Source of the DNA: Oscillospiraceae bacterium
Lineage (GTDB): Bacteria; Bacillota; Clostridia; Oscillospirales; Oscillospiraceae
Length of the DNA: 64,000 nt
Assembly: GCA_015067665.1 (NCBI GenBank)
Contig: SVLZ01000002.1
Location: 9,603-73,602 of the forward strand
Reading direction: 5' to 3'
A program made the translations under genes and the position numbers. Positions 29,348-37,251 of this stretch are shown piece by piece. How positions within the stretch are numbered: the first letter of the stretch is position 1; each line of letters begins with the position of its first letter. Below the pieces are notes generated by a model. That model was not told the origin of the DNA and did not search any database. It saw nothing but the letters and a program-made list of their open reading frames with translations.

Positions 29348-29412
29348 GCCAGGAGGCCGGTACTACCTTCCCGGTGGCTTCTTACAAGGTTCGAGTCCTT
29401 GTCCTGGCACCA
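29348..29412 (+). ncRNA. Truncated tRNA-like element ending in CCA
   Basis: Acceptor stem GCCAGGA/TCCTGGC + A + CCA; T-arm CAAGG-TTCGAGT-CCTTG; only 30 nt between the acceptor 5' strand and the T-arm. Confidence 0.7.
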
Positions 29413-29479
29413 GCCGAAAAATCGGCAATAAAAATAAGCTGGTGACCCGCCAGCAAATAAAAATGAGGAGTGTAAAATT

Positions 29480-29740
29480 ATGGCAAGAACAAACGTTAAA
29501 GTGATCGGATGCGCTAAGCGCGTAGTTGGCACTAAGAAAGGCACTGGTGAAGTCTATGACTTCCAGCGGTTTGCTTTCTCTTATGTCAATCAGTGGGGTG
29601 ACGCAGACCTCGCAATTTGCGGCGTAGATACTGAGCTTGTTCAGAAGCTCGGCGTTGCCGTTGGCAAGACATTTGATGCAAGTGTGGTGACCGCAAACAA
29701 TCGGACTTACATTGACCTGCTGCAAGAGGTAGAGGAATGA
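29480..29740 (+). CDS. Putative ssDNA-binding protein (gene V-like)
   Basis: 86 aa, beta-rich, with the GTKKGTGEVYDF hairpin motif typical of inoviral pV-like SSBs; GAGGAG RBS. Confidence 0.65.
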   Translation: MARTNVKVIGCAKRVVGTKKGTGEVYDFQRFAFSYVNQWGDADLAICGVDTELVQKLGVAVGKTFDASVVTANNRTYIDLLQEVEE

Positions 29741-29889
29741 TTCCCCTTGAGCTGCTCCTGACGGTAACACTTATGTTGCTGTGTCTGTCGCTGTTCCTGA
29801 ATGCTATAGTCATTCTTCTTGTGATCAAGTGGAAAAGGAAGCTTGATGCAGGAGTAGACGAAGCTTTGAGAGGGCTTAGTCGTGTCTGA
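29737..29889 (+). CDS. 50-aa single-TM protein (not in ORF track); virion protein candidate
   Basis: MIPLELLLTVTLMLLCLSLFLNAIVILLVIKWKRKLD...; ATGA coupling to the SSB gene. Confidence 0.65.
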   Translation: MIPLELLLTVTLMLLCLSLFLNAIVILLVIKWKRKLDAGVDEALRGLSRV

Positions 29890-30073
29890 CAGCCCGGAGC
29901 GCCAAGAAAGGCGCATAGTCATTGAATTATTATCTTCTGCCGATGTAAAGCGGCTGGAGGCTCGTGACGAGGATTTGAGAACAGAAATTGCACGACTTGA
30001 GAAACGCATAGAAGGTATTCACGACACTATGTATAAGTATTTCGAGAGTGTATCTCAGTTAAAGAATCGTTAA
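29882..30073 (+). CDS. Small coiled-coil protein (63 aa)
   Basis: GTG start overlapping the upstream stop; heptad pattern. Confidence 0.55.
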   Translation: MSDSPERQERRIVIELLSSADVKRLEARDEDLRTEIARLEKRIEGIHDTMYKYFESVSQLKNR

Positions 30074-30536
30074 GTCAATTTTTGATTTTATTCTTAGGCC
30101 GTGGGCTGGTGCTTTTAAGTGGTTTTGCTCAGCACTTTTTGTTGCTGCAGTTGGTTAGGAGCGCCAGCTCCCAAGTCTTTCCCCTATTGCACTTGATTTG
30201 TCCGGATGTTTGAATGTAACCCTTCTCCCCTCGTAAAGGAAAATGCCAGATCTCCGGAAATTAACCAAGGTGCGCGAACCCTCTGATCCCTTCCCCTCGT
30301 AATCCCAAAAATAAAACAATACTTTGAGTTTGCTTCGTTCTTTAACAATAGAAACAGGTTACTCCGCCGAGAATATAGCCGATTGTATAATCGGGTATTT
30401 CGCAGGCGGAACATCAAGCGTAAGCGCGATTAGCGTACTTGCGCCGGTGTTCCGGTGATAAAAAATCTCTAAAATGGGCTGGTCGTGAGACGCACCCCTT
30501 GCGTGAAATAAAAATCGGGGAAAAGTTCACTTTTCC

Positions 30537-30568
30537 CCCTGCCCCCCGGCACTAACAGGGGGGCAGGG
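30537..30568 (+). other. Rep_trans-type nick-site hairpin (dso)
   Basis: CCCTGCCCCCC-GGCACTAACA-GGGGGGCAGGG, resembling the CCCCCC..CTAACAGGGGG nick sites used by Rep_trans/MOB_T proteins (ICEBs1, Tn916); directly upstream of rep. Confidence 0.8.
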
Positions 30569-30590
30569 TCTACATAAGGAGTGTAAAAAG

Positions 30591-31718
30591 TTGGAAAATC
30601 TCGGAAAAACGACTGTGCCGACTGAATCGGAAAACAAGATAATTATAGACTGGCTGTCAGTCACCTTCTTTGATGTCACTCCTGACTATATCAAGTCTCT
30701 TTTAGGCCTTGACACGCCTGATATAGATTGGCGTGATGAGCTATGCTTCCGGAACGGTTACCCAAGACAGGCATCCTTCTGCAACATTGCTATCCGGTAC
30801 GGAGCAGAAAATCCGGATAACTGGACATCTGATGCTCTTAAAACAGCGGATCAAAAGGTCCGCACCGATATGGGCATTCAATTGGATATGTCCGGTAATG
30901 GCTGTCGTTCTTTGGAAACCTATGCTTTTGGTGGTCAGCTGAAAGCTGATGTTTGGTACAAATTGTTATCTGACATTTGCGCTTTAGGCGTGTCTGCACA
31001 CTTTACGCGTATTGATCTTGCCTTTGACGATAAGCCTCCTATTGGTGAAAAAGGTATATTGCCGCTTCGGCGCATTGCAGAAGATACCCGGTGTGGTTAT
31101 TGGACCGGTCCTGCAAAGAAATGGAATATTCAAGAAAGTGGAGATCAAGATAATCACCTGCACGGTTTAACTATTTATATCGGCTCGCCAAAGTCTATGA
31201 TCCGTTTTAGGATCTATGACAAAGGAGCAGAAAGAGGTTTTGATTCTTCTGTTCATTGGGTCCGCGTGGAGCTGGTGCACCGGCACGACCGTGCGTGTGC
31301 TGCAGTGCAGGAAATACTTAATCGCGGTAGCATTGGTGAAGTGATGTGCGGTGTGCTTAGGAATTATTGCTGCTTCCGGGAGGAAGGTATTGACAGCAAT
31401 AAGTCCCGCTGGCCTATCGCGGATTACTGGGAGAAGCTGCTCGACGGTGTGCAGCGCATACGGCTTTTCTCTGCTCCCGGTGAGGAGTACAATTTCAAGA
31501 AAACGGAAGAGTTTATGATTGCCCAATGGGGGCAAGCCATCCAAGCATTTTATGCAATTCATAATTCTATGTCTGAACTGCTCAGTTTGTGCCGCAAGGC
31601 GCATCCAGAGCTAAAACCAAAATATAAGAAAGCTATTGAAGAAGTGTTACTTCAGGCAAAACGTGAGCAAGCAGAGAGACAGAAATTCCGTGAGCAATAT
31701 CTCTGCTCCTATGATTAA
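30591..31718 (+). CDS. Rep_trans family rolling-circle replication initiation protein
   Basis: IDWLSVTF, DMSGNGC, FTRIDLAFDD, TIYIGSPKS, RIYDK, WVRVELV motifs; TTG start after AAGGAG. Confidence 0.9.
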   Translation: MENLGKTTVPTESENKIIIDWLSVTFFDVTPDYIKSLLGLDTPDIDWRDELCFRNGYPRQASFCNIAIRYGAENPDNWTSDALKTADQKVRTDMGIQLDMSGNGCRSLETYAFGGQLKADVWYKLLSDICALGVSAHFTRIDLAFDDKPPIGEKGILPLRRIAEDTRCGYWTGPAKKWNIQESGDQDNHLHGLTIYIGSPKSMIRFRIYDKGAERGFDSSVHWVRVELVHRHDRACAAVQEILNRGSIGEVMCGVLRNYCCFREEGIDSNKSRWPIADYWEKLLDGVQRIRLFSAPGEEYNFKKTEEFMIAQWGQAIQAFYAIHNSMSELLSLCRKAHPELKPKYKKAIEEVLLQAKREQAERQKFREQYLCSYD

Positions 31719-31834
31719 AATTTCCCGATCATAACCGGTCAAATGGATATGGACGACATATTCCCTACTTCTGATAACCCGGGTGCTGCAGGCCCTCGTT
31801 ATAAAAAACCTAATGACATATAAGAGGTGATAAA

Positions 31835-31966
31835 ATGGCTTTTAGTAAAAAGGTGCGCTCTCGCGCACGCAGCGGTACATACCGCAGTACCGGGCGCGGA
31901 TCTGCTCGCAGCTCTTCGGCGCGTAGTGGTCGCAATTCCCGCAGAAAGGTGAGAAAGTATGCCTAA
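31835..31966 (+). CDS. 43-aa Arg/Ser-rich protamine-like peptide (not in ORF track)
   Basis: MAFSKKVRSRARSGTYRSTGRGSARSSSARSGRNSRRKVRKYA*; GAGGTG RBS; overlaps the next start. Confidence 0.7.
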   Translation: MAFSKKVRSRARSGTYRSTGRGSARSSSARSGRNSRRKVRKYA

Positions 31967-32741
31967 GTACAGAAATTATCGCAAGCAATCTTCCGGTAGT
32001 TCATCCGGAAAATCTTCTAAGATCCTTAATGTAATTTGTGTGTTTCTTGTCATCATGGTCAGCTTTACAGCTGTATCAGCGTTAGCATCCTTTACTGGAT
32101 TCTTAGATAATTTCGGAACCTCTACAAAACCTCCTGCGGAGGATCCCTTCATTGTAGAAAGTGCTTCTTTTCTGACGTTTAGATTCAAGGACGAGCTTTC
32201 TTGTCCTGATTTAGCGAATTATGGCGATGCAGCTCCTGTTTCTGTATATATCGGTGAAGAGTATTTTCATACAGTACAATTCGATACTGCAGAGGATGGC
32301 TCTTTTACCGTAACCTTTGTAGGTTCTGAATCGGTTGAGGCTTATTCCTCCAAAAGTGGCTGGTTAATGGATAAGTATCGCAATGTCAAAATTGCTGATC
32401 CTACTGAATCTCCTGCAGTTTTGCAAGAATGGCTAATGCTCAGTGCAGATCCTGTTCTTAAGGAGATTTCCGGAACGTGGGAATTTAATACTACCATTGA
32501 CACTTCTATGCTGCTTGATGGTTATTATCTCAATTTCCCGTTCTATGTAAAGAAGCATTACTTTACAGGTTTCCAATTGCATCCCGGAACGCTTGTTTAT
32601 GCAAATGATCTTGGCGGCTGGACTATGTACGACACGACTTGGGCGGATGACGAAACACGCAGAATGACATTTGACGGTACCGTCAAGGTCCCGGTCGAGT
32701 GGTACGCCTTCGTGATCGCCAATGCCCACCGCGTATCCTAA
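31959..32741 (+). CDS. Membrane-anchored protein (260 aa) with a tandemly duplicated external domain
   Basis: Basic N-tail, one TM segment (ILNVICVFLVIMVSF), two copies of a W..D..R.....W...A motif. Confidence 0.75.
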   Translation: MPKYRNYRKQSSGSSSGKSSKILNVICVFLVIMVSFTAVSALASFTGFLDNFGTSTKPPAEDPFIVESASFLTFRFKDELSCPDLANYGDAAPVSVYIGEEYFHTVQFDTAEDGSFTVTFVGSESVEAYSSKSGWLMDKYRNVKIADPTESPAVLQEWLMLSADPVLKEISGTWEFNTTIDTSMLLDGYYLNFPFYVKKHYFTGFQLHPGTLVYANDLGGWTMYDTTWADDETRRMTFDGTVKVPVEWYAFVIANAHRVS

Positions 32742-32777
32742 TTTTTCAAAAAAACATTTATAGAGGAGTAACAAATT

Positions 32778-33314
32778 ATGAGAGCAAATATCCCTGTTTG
32801 GCTTTTTAACACACTTTGTGTTATCGCAATTATCGCCTTGTTTGTTGCCATTGTAGGTATTGGTGTCCTTATCTCCAATGCCTTGGAGCCGAAGGATGGC
32901 TACAATAAAGTTCATTTGACATACAATACTGGTTGTATTGATCATGAAGACGGGCAGATCCTGAATGCAAAAAACAAGCTTTATACGGATGATCTGATCG
33001 AGTGTACGGCTTTTCGTATCGTTCGCGATTATTCCGTAAAGGCGAACTACGAGATTCATTATTATACTGAGAAGGGTGATTACTTGCCCTCTGCGACTGT
33101 AGTTACCAGTGACTTGGAGTATGAAGTCACGACAATGCCTGCAGGCGCTGTTGGTATTCGGCTTGTAATTGTCCCTGGTGAAACAGATGTAGACCTTACT
33201 GGTCTTATCAACATCACTCGCGGTCAGTACGCCGGAATGCTGGAATTAGAAGCAACCAATGAGCAGCCTACTTCCGGAGGCACTTCTGGCGGCGTTACTG
33301 AACTCGCTGCCTGA
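32778..33314 (+). CDS. Membrane-anchored beta-rich protein (178 aa)
   Basis: N-terminal TM (LCVIAIIALFVAIVGIGVLI); GAGGAG RBS; followed by a terminator. Confidence 0.75.
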   Translation: MRANIPVWLFNTLCVIAIIALFVAIVGIGVLISNALEPKDGYNKVHLTYNTGCIDHEDGQILNAKNKLYTDDLIECTAFRIVRDYSVKANYEIHYYTEKGDYLPSATVVTSDLEYEVTTMPAGAVGIRLVIVPGETDVDLTGLINITRGQYAGMLELEATNEQPTSGGTSGGVTELAA

Positions 33315-33341
33315 TTTGTAATTTAATCGATACATTGGGCA

Positions 33342-33374
33342 TAAGCCCCGGGCTTTGCTCGGGGCTTGTTTTTT
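33342..33374 (+). terminator. Intrinsic terminator after the membrane-protein genes
   Basis: AAGCCCCGGGC-TTT-GCTCGGGGCTT followed by GTTTTTT. Confidence 0.75.
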
Positions 33375-33390
33375 ACAAAGGAGTTGACCT

Positions 33391-34920
33391 ATGAAATACA
33401 TTAAGCGTTATATATTGTTGTCAGCTCTGCTGGCGCTTCTGATCGGCTGTTTCGCTTTCTTCGTTTCGGCTGCTACTGATGATACGGTCTCTATTGTTTA
33501 TGGCGACCTGTCCTTATCTTTCAATGCGGAAGGCTGTGAAACGTGGCAGGATGTTGTAGATGCAAACGACAATAATATGTCCGGTGGTCTATTTATAGAC
33601 AGTAAAAACCGTGTCTATTATTACACATTCGATATAGTGGAAGAAGGTCCGTATTACGTATGCGATGCTGCGTTCGATGTACAGTGCGCAGATGATCCCA
33701 TCGCCTTTGATACGATTTATTCATTTAATCACATTACTCTATCTTTTGGTGATTTTGAATATCAAAGGATTGTTTGGGGCGCATCTTATTGGTTCGATCT
33801 TGCTGATGATCCGCTTGACGGTCTTGAGCAATACATTATGACCGAGGATGATGGCTCTATGTCTCTTGTTGTTCAAAATGTCGGTACGTTTGGAATTTAC
33901 GACGATGACGGTGACCGTGTCGATGAGAACGACGAGATTGAGGGTACACATTACACGCTGCTTTTAGATTATCAATTTACAATTGAGTTATATGACAGCA
34001 GTGGTCCTACCGGTGTTAAGCACACTGTGTCTGGCTTGGTGCCGTCCCTAAATTTGTATGATCTCGTTGATCCTTCTGTTCCTTTTGAATCTGATCTTTT
34101 CGCTGTGATGGGTTTTTTTACTCTTGCTTCTGATGGCTCTATTGTTCTCGTTGATGATAGCACCTATGATTCTTATTATCTGTTTAACGATGACGGCCTG
34201 ATCTCCGAGTTGGAGCCTTCGGTTTTTGCTACAACAGACCCCTGCGCTGCCGGTCTTCATTCGTTTACCAAGGAGGTGCTGCGGCGGGAGCCCACCTGCA
34301 CGGATGCGGGTTTTATTCGTTATGAGTGTACTCGTTGCACTACCATGAAAAGCACTGCTCTCCCGGCCCGCGGTCATAATTTTTATAAAGAAATTGTGAT
34401 CACTGCTCCTACTTGCGATGCAGTCGGTCTTAAAGGTCGCGTTTGTTCTTCCTGTAATGCAACAGATCAGGATTCTTACGAGGAAGTCCCTAAGCTGAAC
34501 CACGACCGTAATCTGTTCGGCACTTGTAAATTGTGCGGAGATAATTCCGTTGGTAATTGGTGGAATGACTTATGGAATCGCGATCAGAGCGATTCCTCCG
34601 GCTCTGCTGGTGGCAGCTCCTCCGGCTCTACCGAATCCAAAGGAGGATTTTTTGACTGGCTGCAGGATTTATTTTCTCCTGATGAACCCAATGAGGATAG
34701 CACTGATTGGTTCACTGACTTTACTGTGAAGCTTGATGCATTGGGTAATTCGCTTTTAGTGATCTGTTTAGGCATTGCCGGCATTTTCTTTTTGCCTTAT
34801 GCCGTTAAATTTATTAAATGGCTTTGGAGCGGCATTGTCGATGGTTTTGAATCTATCGTAGATCTATTCAGCGACGTCTTCAAAACTAAGAAGAAAACTG
34901 GTAAGAAGCATGCAAGATAA
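33391..34920 (+). CDS. Putative adsorption/spike protein (pIII-like architecture, 509 aa)
   Basis: Signal peptide (...FVSA), acidic domains, PTC..G..CxxC..GH repeats, Gly/Ser linker, C-terminal TM and basic tail. Confidence 0.75.
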   Translation: MKYIKRYILLSALLALLIGCFAFFVSAATDDTVSIVYGDLSLSFNAEGCETWQDVVDANDNNMSGGLFIDSKNRVYYYTFDIVEEGPYYVCDAAFDVQCADDPIAFDTIYSFNHITLSFGDFEYQRIVWGASYWFDLADDPLDGLEQYIMTEDDGSMSLVVQNVGTFGIYDDDGDRVDENDEIEGTHYTLLLDYQFTIELYDSSGPTGVKHTVSGLVPSLNLYDLVDPSVPFESDLFAVMGFFTLASDGSIVLVDDSTYDSYYLFNDDGLISELEPSVFATTDPCAAGLHSFTKEVLRREPTCTDAGFIRYECTRCTTMKSTALPARGHNFYKEIVITAPTCDAVGLKGRVCSSCNATDQDSYEEVPKLNHDRNLFGTCKLCGDNSVGNWWNDLWNRDQSDSSGSAGGSSSGSTESKGGFFDWLQDLFSPDEPNEDSTDWFTDFTVKLDALGNSLLVICLGIAGIFFLPYAVKFIKWLWSGIVDGFESIVDLFSDVFKTKKKTGKKHAR

Positions 34921-35017
34921 AATTCCGTTTTTCCTGCGGCTCCGCAATATTCTTACGTCTGCTGTAATTATATTTTTTATCGGATATTTACTTTACACAT
35001 GGTTTAGTTTATTATGA
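34910..35017 (+). CDS. 35-aa single-TM protein (not in ORF track)
   Basis: MQDKIPFFLRLRNILTSAVIIFFIGYLLYTWFSLL*; fills the gap exactly and overlaps the ATPase start (ATGA). Confidence 0.55.
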   Translation: MQDKIPFFLRLRNILTSAVIIFFIGYLLYTWFSLL

Positions 35018-37227
35018 AAGAAAAGACTTTAGAAGGTAGAAAAGATCACCGGCATGCGATATGCGCCATTATAACGCTGCTTAGTGTTCTTTTAGGATTT
35101 CTTTTTCCTAATTCTATACCTCGTTTAATTCAGTCCATTTGGGATCTCGCTACTTCTGTAGCGTTCTATTTCATAAGGATCATATTTCGTGATAGCACGT
35201 TGTTTCAGGCATCGATCAATGAGCTGCAGCTTTGGGAACCAATACCGCAGCTCTGGGAGCGTGTCAGGTTTCTTCCTGAATCATATGAGGAATTTATTAG
35301 TTTTTGGAGTGCGTATCTTGAATTTCTTTTTAGCTGGTATAATTTCCGTTCCTATTGGTATGCAATAGTCGATTTGATCTATTATTCTTCAAGAATAATG
35401 ATGCTGGTTGTCCCTGTGGGCGCTGTAGTTATTCTTTTGTTCATTAAGGCTAAACGTAACAAGTGTACTGATCGAGATCTCGAATCTCCTGCGCTAATTA
35501 AATTCAAGGCATTCCTTTATAAGTGGTTTTATCCTTTCCGCGCCTATCTAATATCCTTCCGGTTATTCCTGAAGAATAATCCTCGGTATGTCCGGAGCTG
35601 GTGTGTCATATGGTCGTTGCATTTTAACTTCATATCTATAGCTGTATCTTTGATCGCATACTATTTCTATTTTGTAAGCTCTTGGGATTTGATAAGTATA
35701 TATACGCAGCTGCTTAAGCTTCAGCGGGATCTTACACCGGTGATCCGGTTTATACCCGGCTTTATTTGGTTGATCTTATTCTCCAAGCTTTATAACTGGA
35801 TTTGCCGTTTGGTTGCCTTTGAACGTCTCTATGCTGCTGAAAAGGCGAATAAGTCTGTAATGCGGTCTTTGCCGATAATGAATACAATTGGCGGCATTCC
35901 CGGCGCTGGTAAAACTATGCTTGCTACATCAATGGCGCAAACTTCTCAAGCCCTGCTTTATGAAGATGCTTTTTCCATTATGGAAAAACGCGCTTCTCAA
36001 TTTCCCAATTTCCCGTGGCAGCGTTTTCGTGACGAAATAGAAAAGAGAGTAGATCAGCGTGAGATCGTGGATATTTGCACGGCTAAAAATTGGGTATCTT
36101 CGCGCCGGCGATACTATGACGGTATCGTCCGCAATTATAACCCATATGAATGGCAGCGCCTTCGGCGCAGGAAGAAGCTTTTTGATTATACTTTCGGTTA
36201 TGATTACTTACATTACCGTAGCGCTTATTCCGATGAGTTAAAGGTCGTTCATTTGTATGATGCGCTTGAAAGTTATGCTGCAGCATATCTTATCTACGCA
36301 GTAGAAAGTAATATTATTTTCTCGAATTATTCTATACGTGAAGATAACATTCTCTATGACGAAGGTAACCTTCCGCTTAGAGATTCTGACTATTTCAGGC
36401 GCGACCCTTGGACTCAGCATCTTTATTCTCAGTATTCACATATTTTCGATTTTAATGTCATACGGCTTGGTAAAAAGATGAAAAATCATCTTGAAAAATC
36501 CAATGGAGCGCCTGTTGGTGTGATCGTTATTACGGAAATAGACAAAGAATTTAAGAATATGCAGCTCCTGAAGGAAACGAAGATCAATGATGATGAAGTT
36601 AATCAAAAGAACGATTTGCACGATGCTGCTCTCATGATGATCCGGCACGGCTCAATGATCGATTATAAACCTTTTGTGCGTGTAATCGCGGATCTCCAAC
36701 GCCCCGAAGCTTGGGGCGCCGGTGGTCGGGAGCTTGGCAACGTTTTATTTATCGCTGATAAATCAAAAATGCTTCCGGCGTTGCCGTTCTTTTCGCCTTA
36801 CTGGCTGACTGAAGGTGTTTTTTCTTGGATTGATAAAAAATGGAATGCTTATTATGCAGATTACTGCTACCGTCGTTCCGATGATACGCTACCTATTTTC
36901 CTCGTTAGGAATACGATGTCGTCAATTCGTAATCATTACGACCGTATAAACGGTTTATTTGGTATGCAGGTGCTGCTCCTTGAGGTGCAGTCCGGCCGGA
37001 TGGATGGCGAGGTTCTTAAAGAACGCTGGATCATGCTTTCTAAAAAAGATTATTCAAAGCGTGCTTTAACTGACTGCCTTCAGAGCGTTTGGGTAAAGTC
37101 TGAACCTAACAAAATGCATATTGATGACTTCCAGCAATATGCCGGCGAGCTTGCCACGATAGAAGAATGCGATTTGCAAAATAGCTTCTTCCAAAAAGAT
37201 GTTCACAAAATAAAAGAAAATAATTAG
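35014..37227 (+). CDS. Zot/pI-like morphogenesis ATPase (FtsK-HerA superfamily) with a multi-TM N-terminus
   Basis: Walker A GIPGAGKT, Walker-B-like VIVITEIDK, RVIADLQRP motif; several N-terminal TM helices. Confidence 0.7.
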   Translation: MKEKTLEGRKDHRHAICAIITLLSVLLGFLFPNSIPRLIQSIWDLATSVAFYFIRIIFRDSTLFQASINELQLWEPIPQLWERVRFLPESYEEFISFWSAYLEFLFSWYNFRSYWYAIVDLIYYSSRIMMLVVPVGAVVILLFIKAKRNKCTDRDLESPALIKFKAFLYKWFYPFRAYLISFRLFLKNNPRYVRSWCVIWSLHFNFISIAVSLIAYYFYFVSSWDLISIYTQLLKLQRDLTPVIRFIPGFIWLILFSKLYNWICRLVAFERLYAAEKANKSVMRSLPIMNTIGGIPGAGKTMLATSMAQTSQALLYEDAFSIMEKRASQFPNFPWQRFRDEIEKRVDQREIVDICTAKNWVSSRRRYYDGIVRNYNPYEWQRLRRRKKLFDYTFGYDYLHYRSAYSDELKVVHLYDALESYAAAYLIYAVESNIIFSNYSIREDNILYDEGNLPLRDSDYFRRDPWTQHLYSQYSHIFDFNVIRLGKKMKNHLEKSNGAPVGVIVITEIDKEFKNMQLLKETKINDDEVNQKNDLHDAALMMIRHGSMIDYKPFVRVIADLQRPEAWGAGGRELGNVLFIADKSKMLPALPFFSPYWLTEGVFSWIDKKWNAYYADYCYRRSDDTLPIFLVRNTMSSIRNHYDRINGLFGMQVLLLEVQSGRMDGEVLKERWIMLSKKDYSKRALTDCLQSVWVKSEPNKMHIDDFQQYAGELATIEECDLQNSFFQKDVHKIKENN

Positions 37228-37251
37228 TGCATAGCACGGAAAGGAAAATAT

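Noticed and set aside
29348-29412. Functional tRNA gene or tRNA-derived attachment site
   Set aside because: Too short, with no D-arm or 7-nt anticodon loop; it is internal to the element and not duplicated at either end
30537-31718. ICE/IME of the Tn916/ICEBs1 type (MOB_T relaxase plus oriT)
   Set aside because: Rep_trans and MOB_T share this family and nick motif, but no VirB4, coupling protein, cell-wall hydrolase or integrase is recognisable, and the SSB plus Zot-like ATPase fit a ssDNA virus better. Mobilisation in trans is not excluded.
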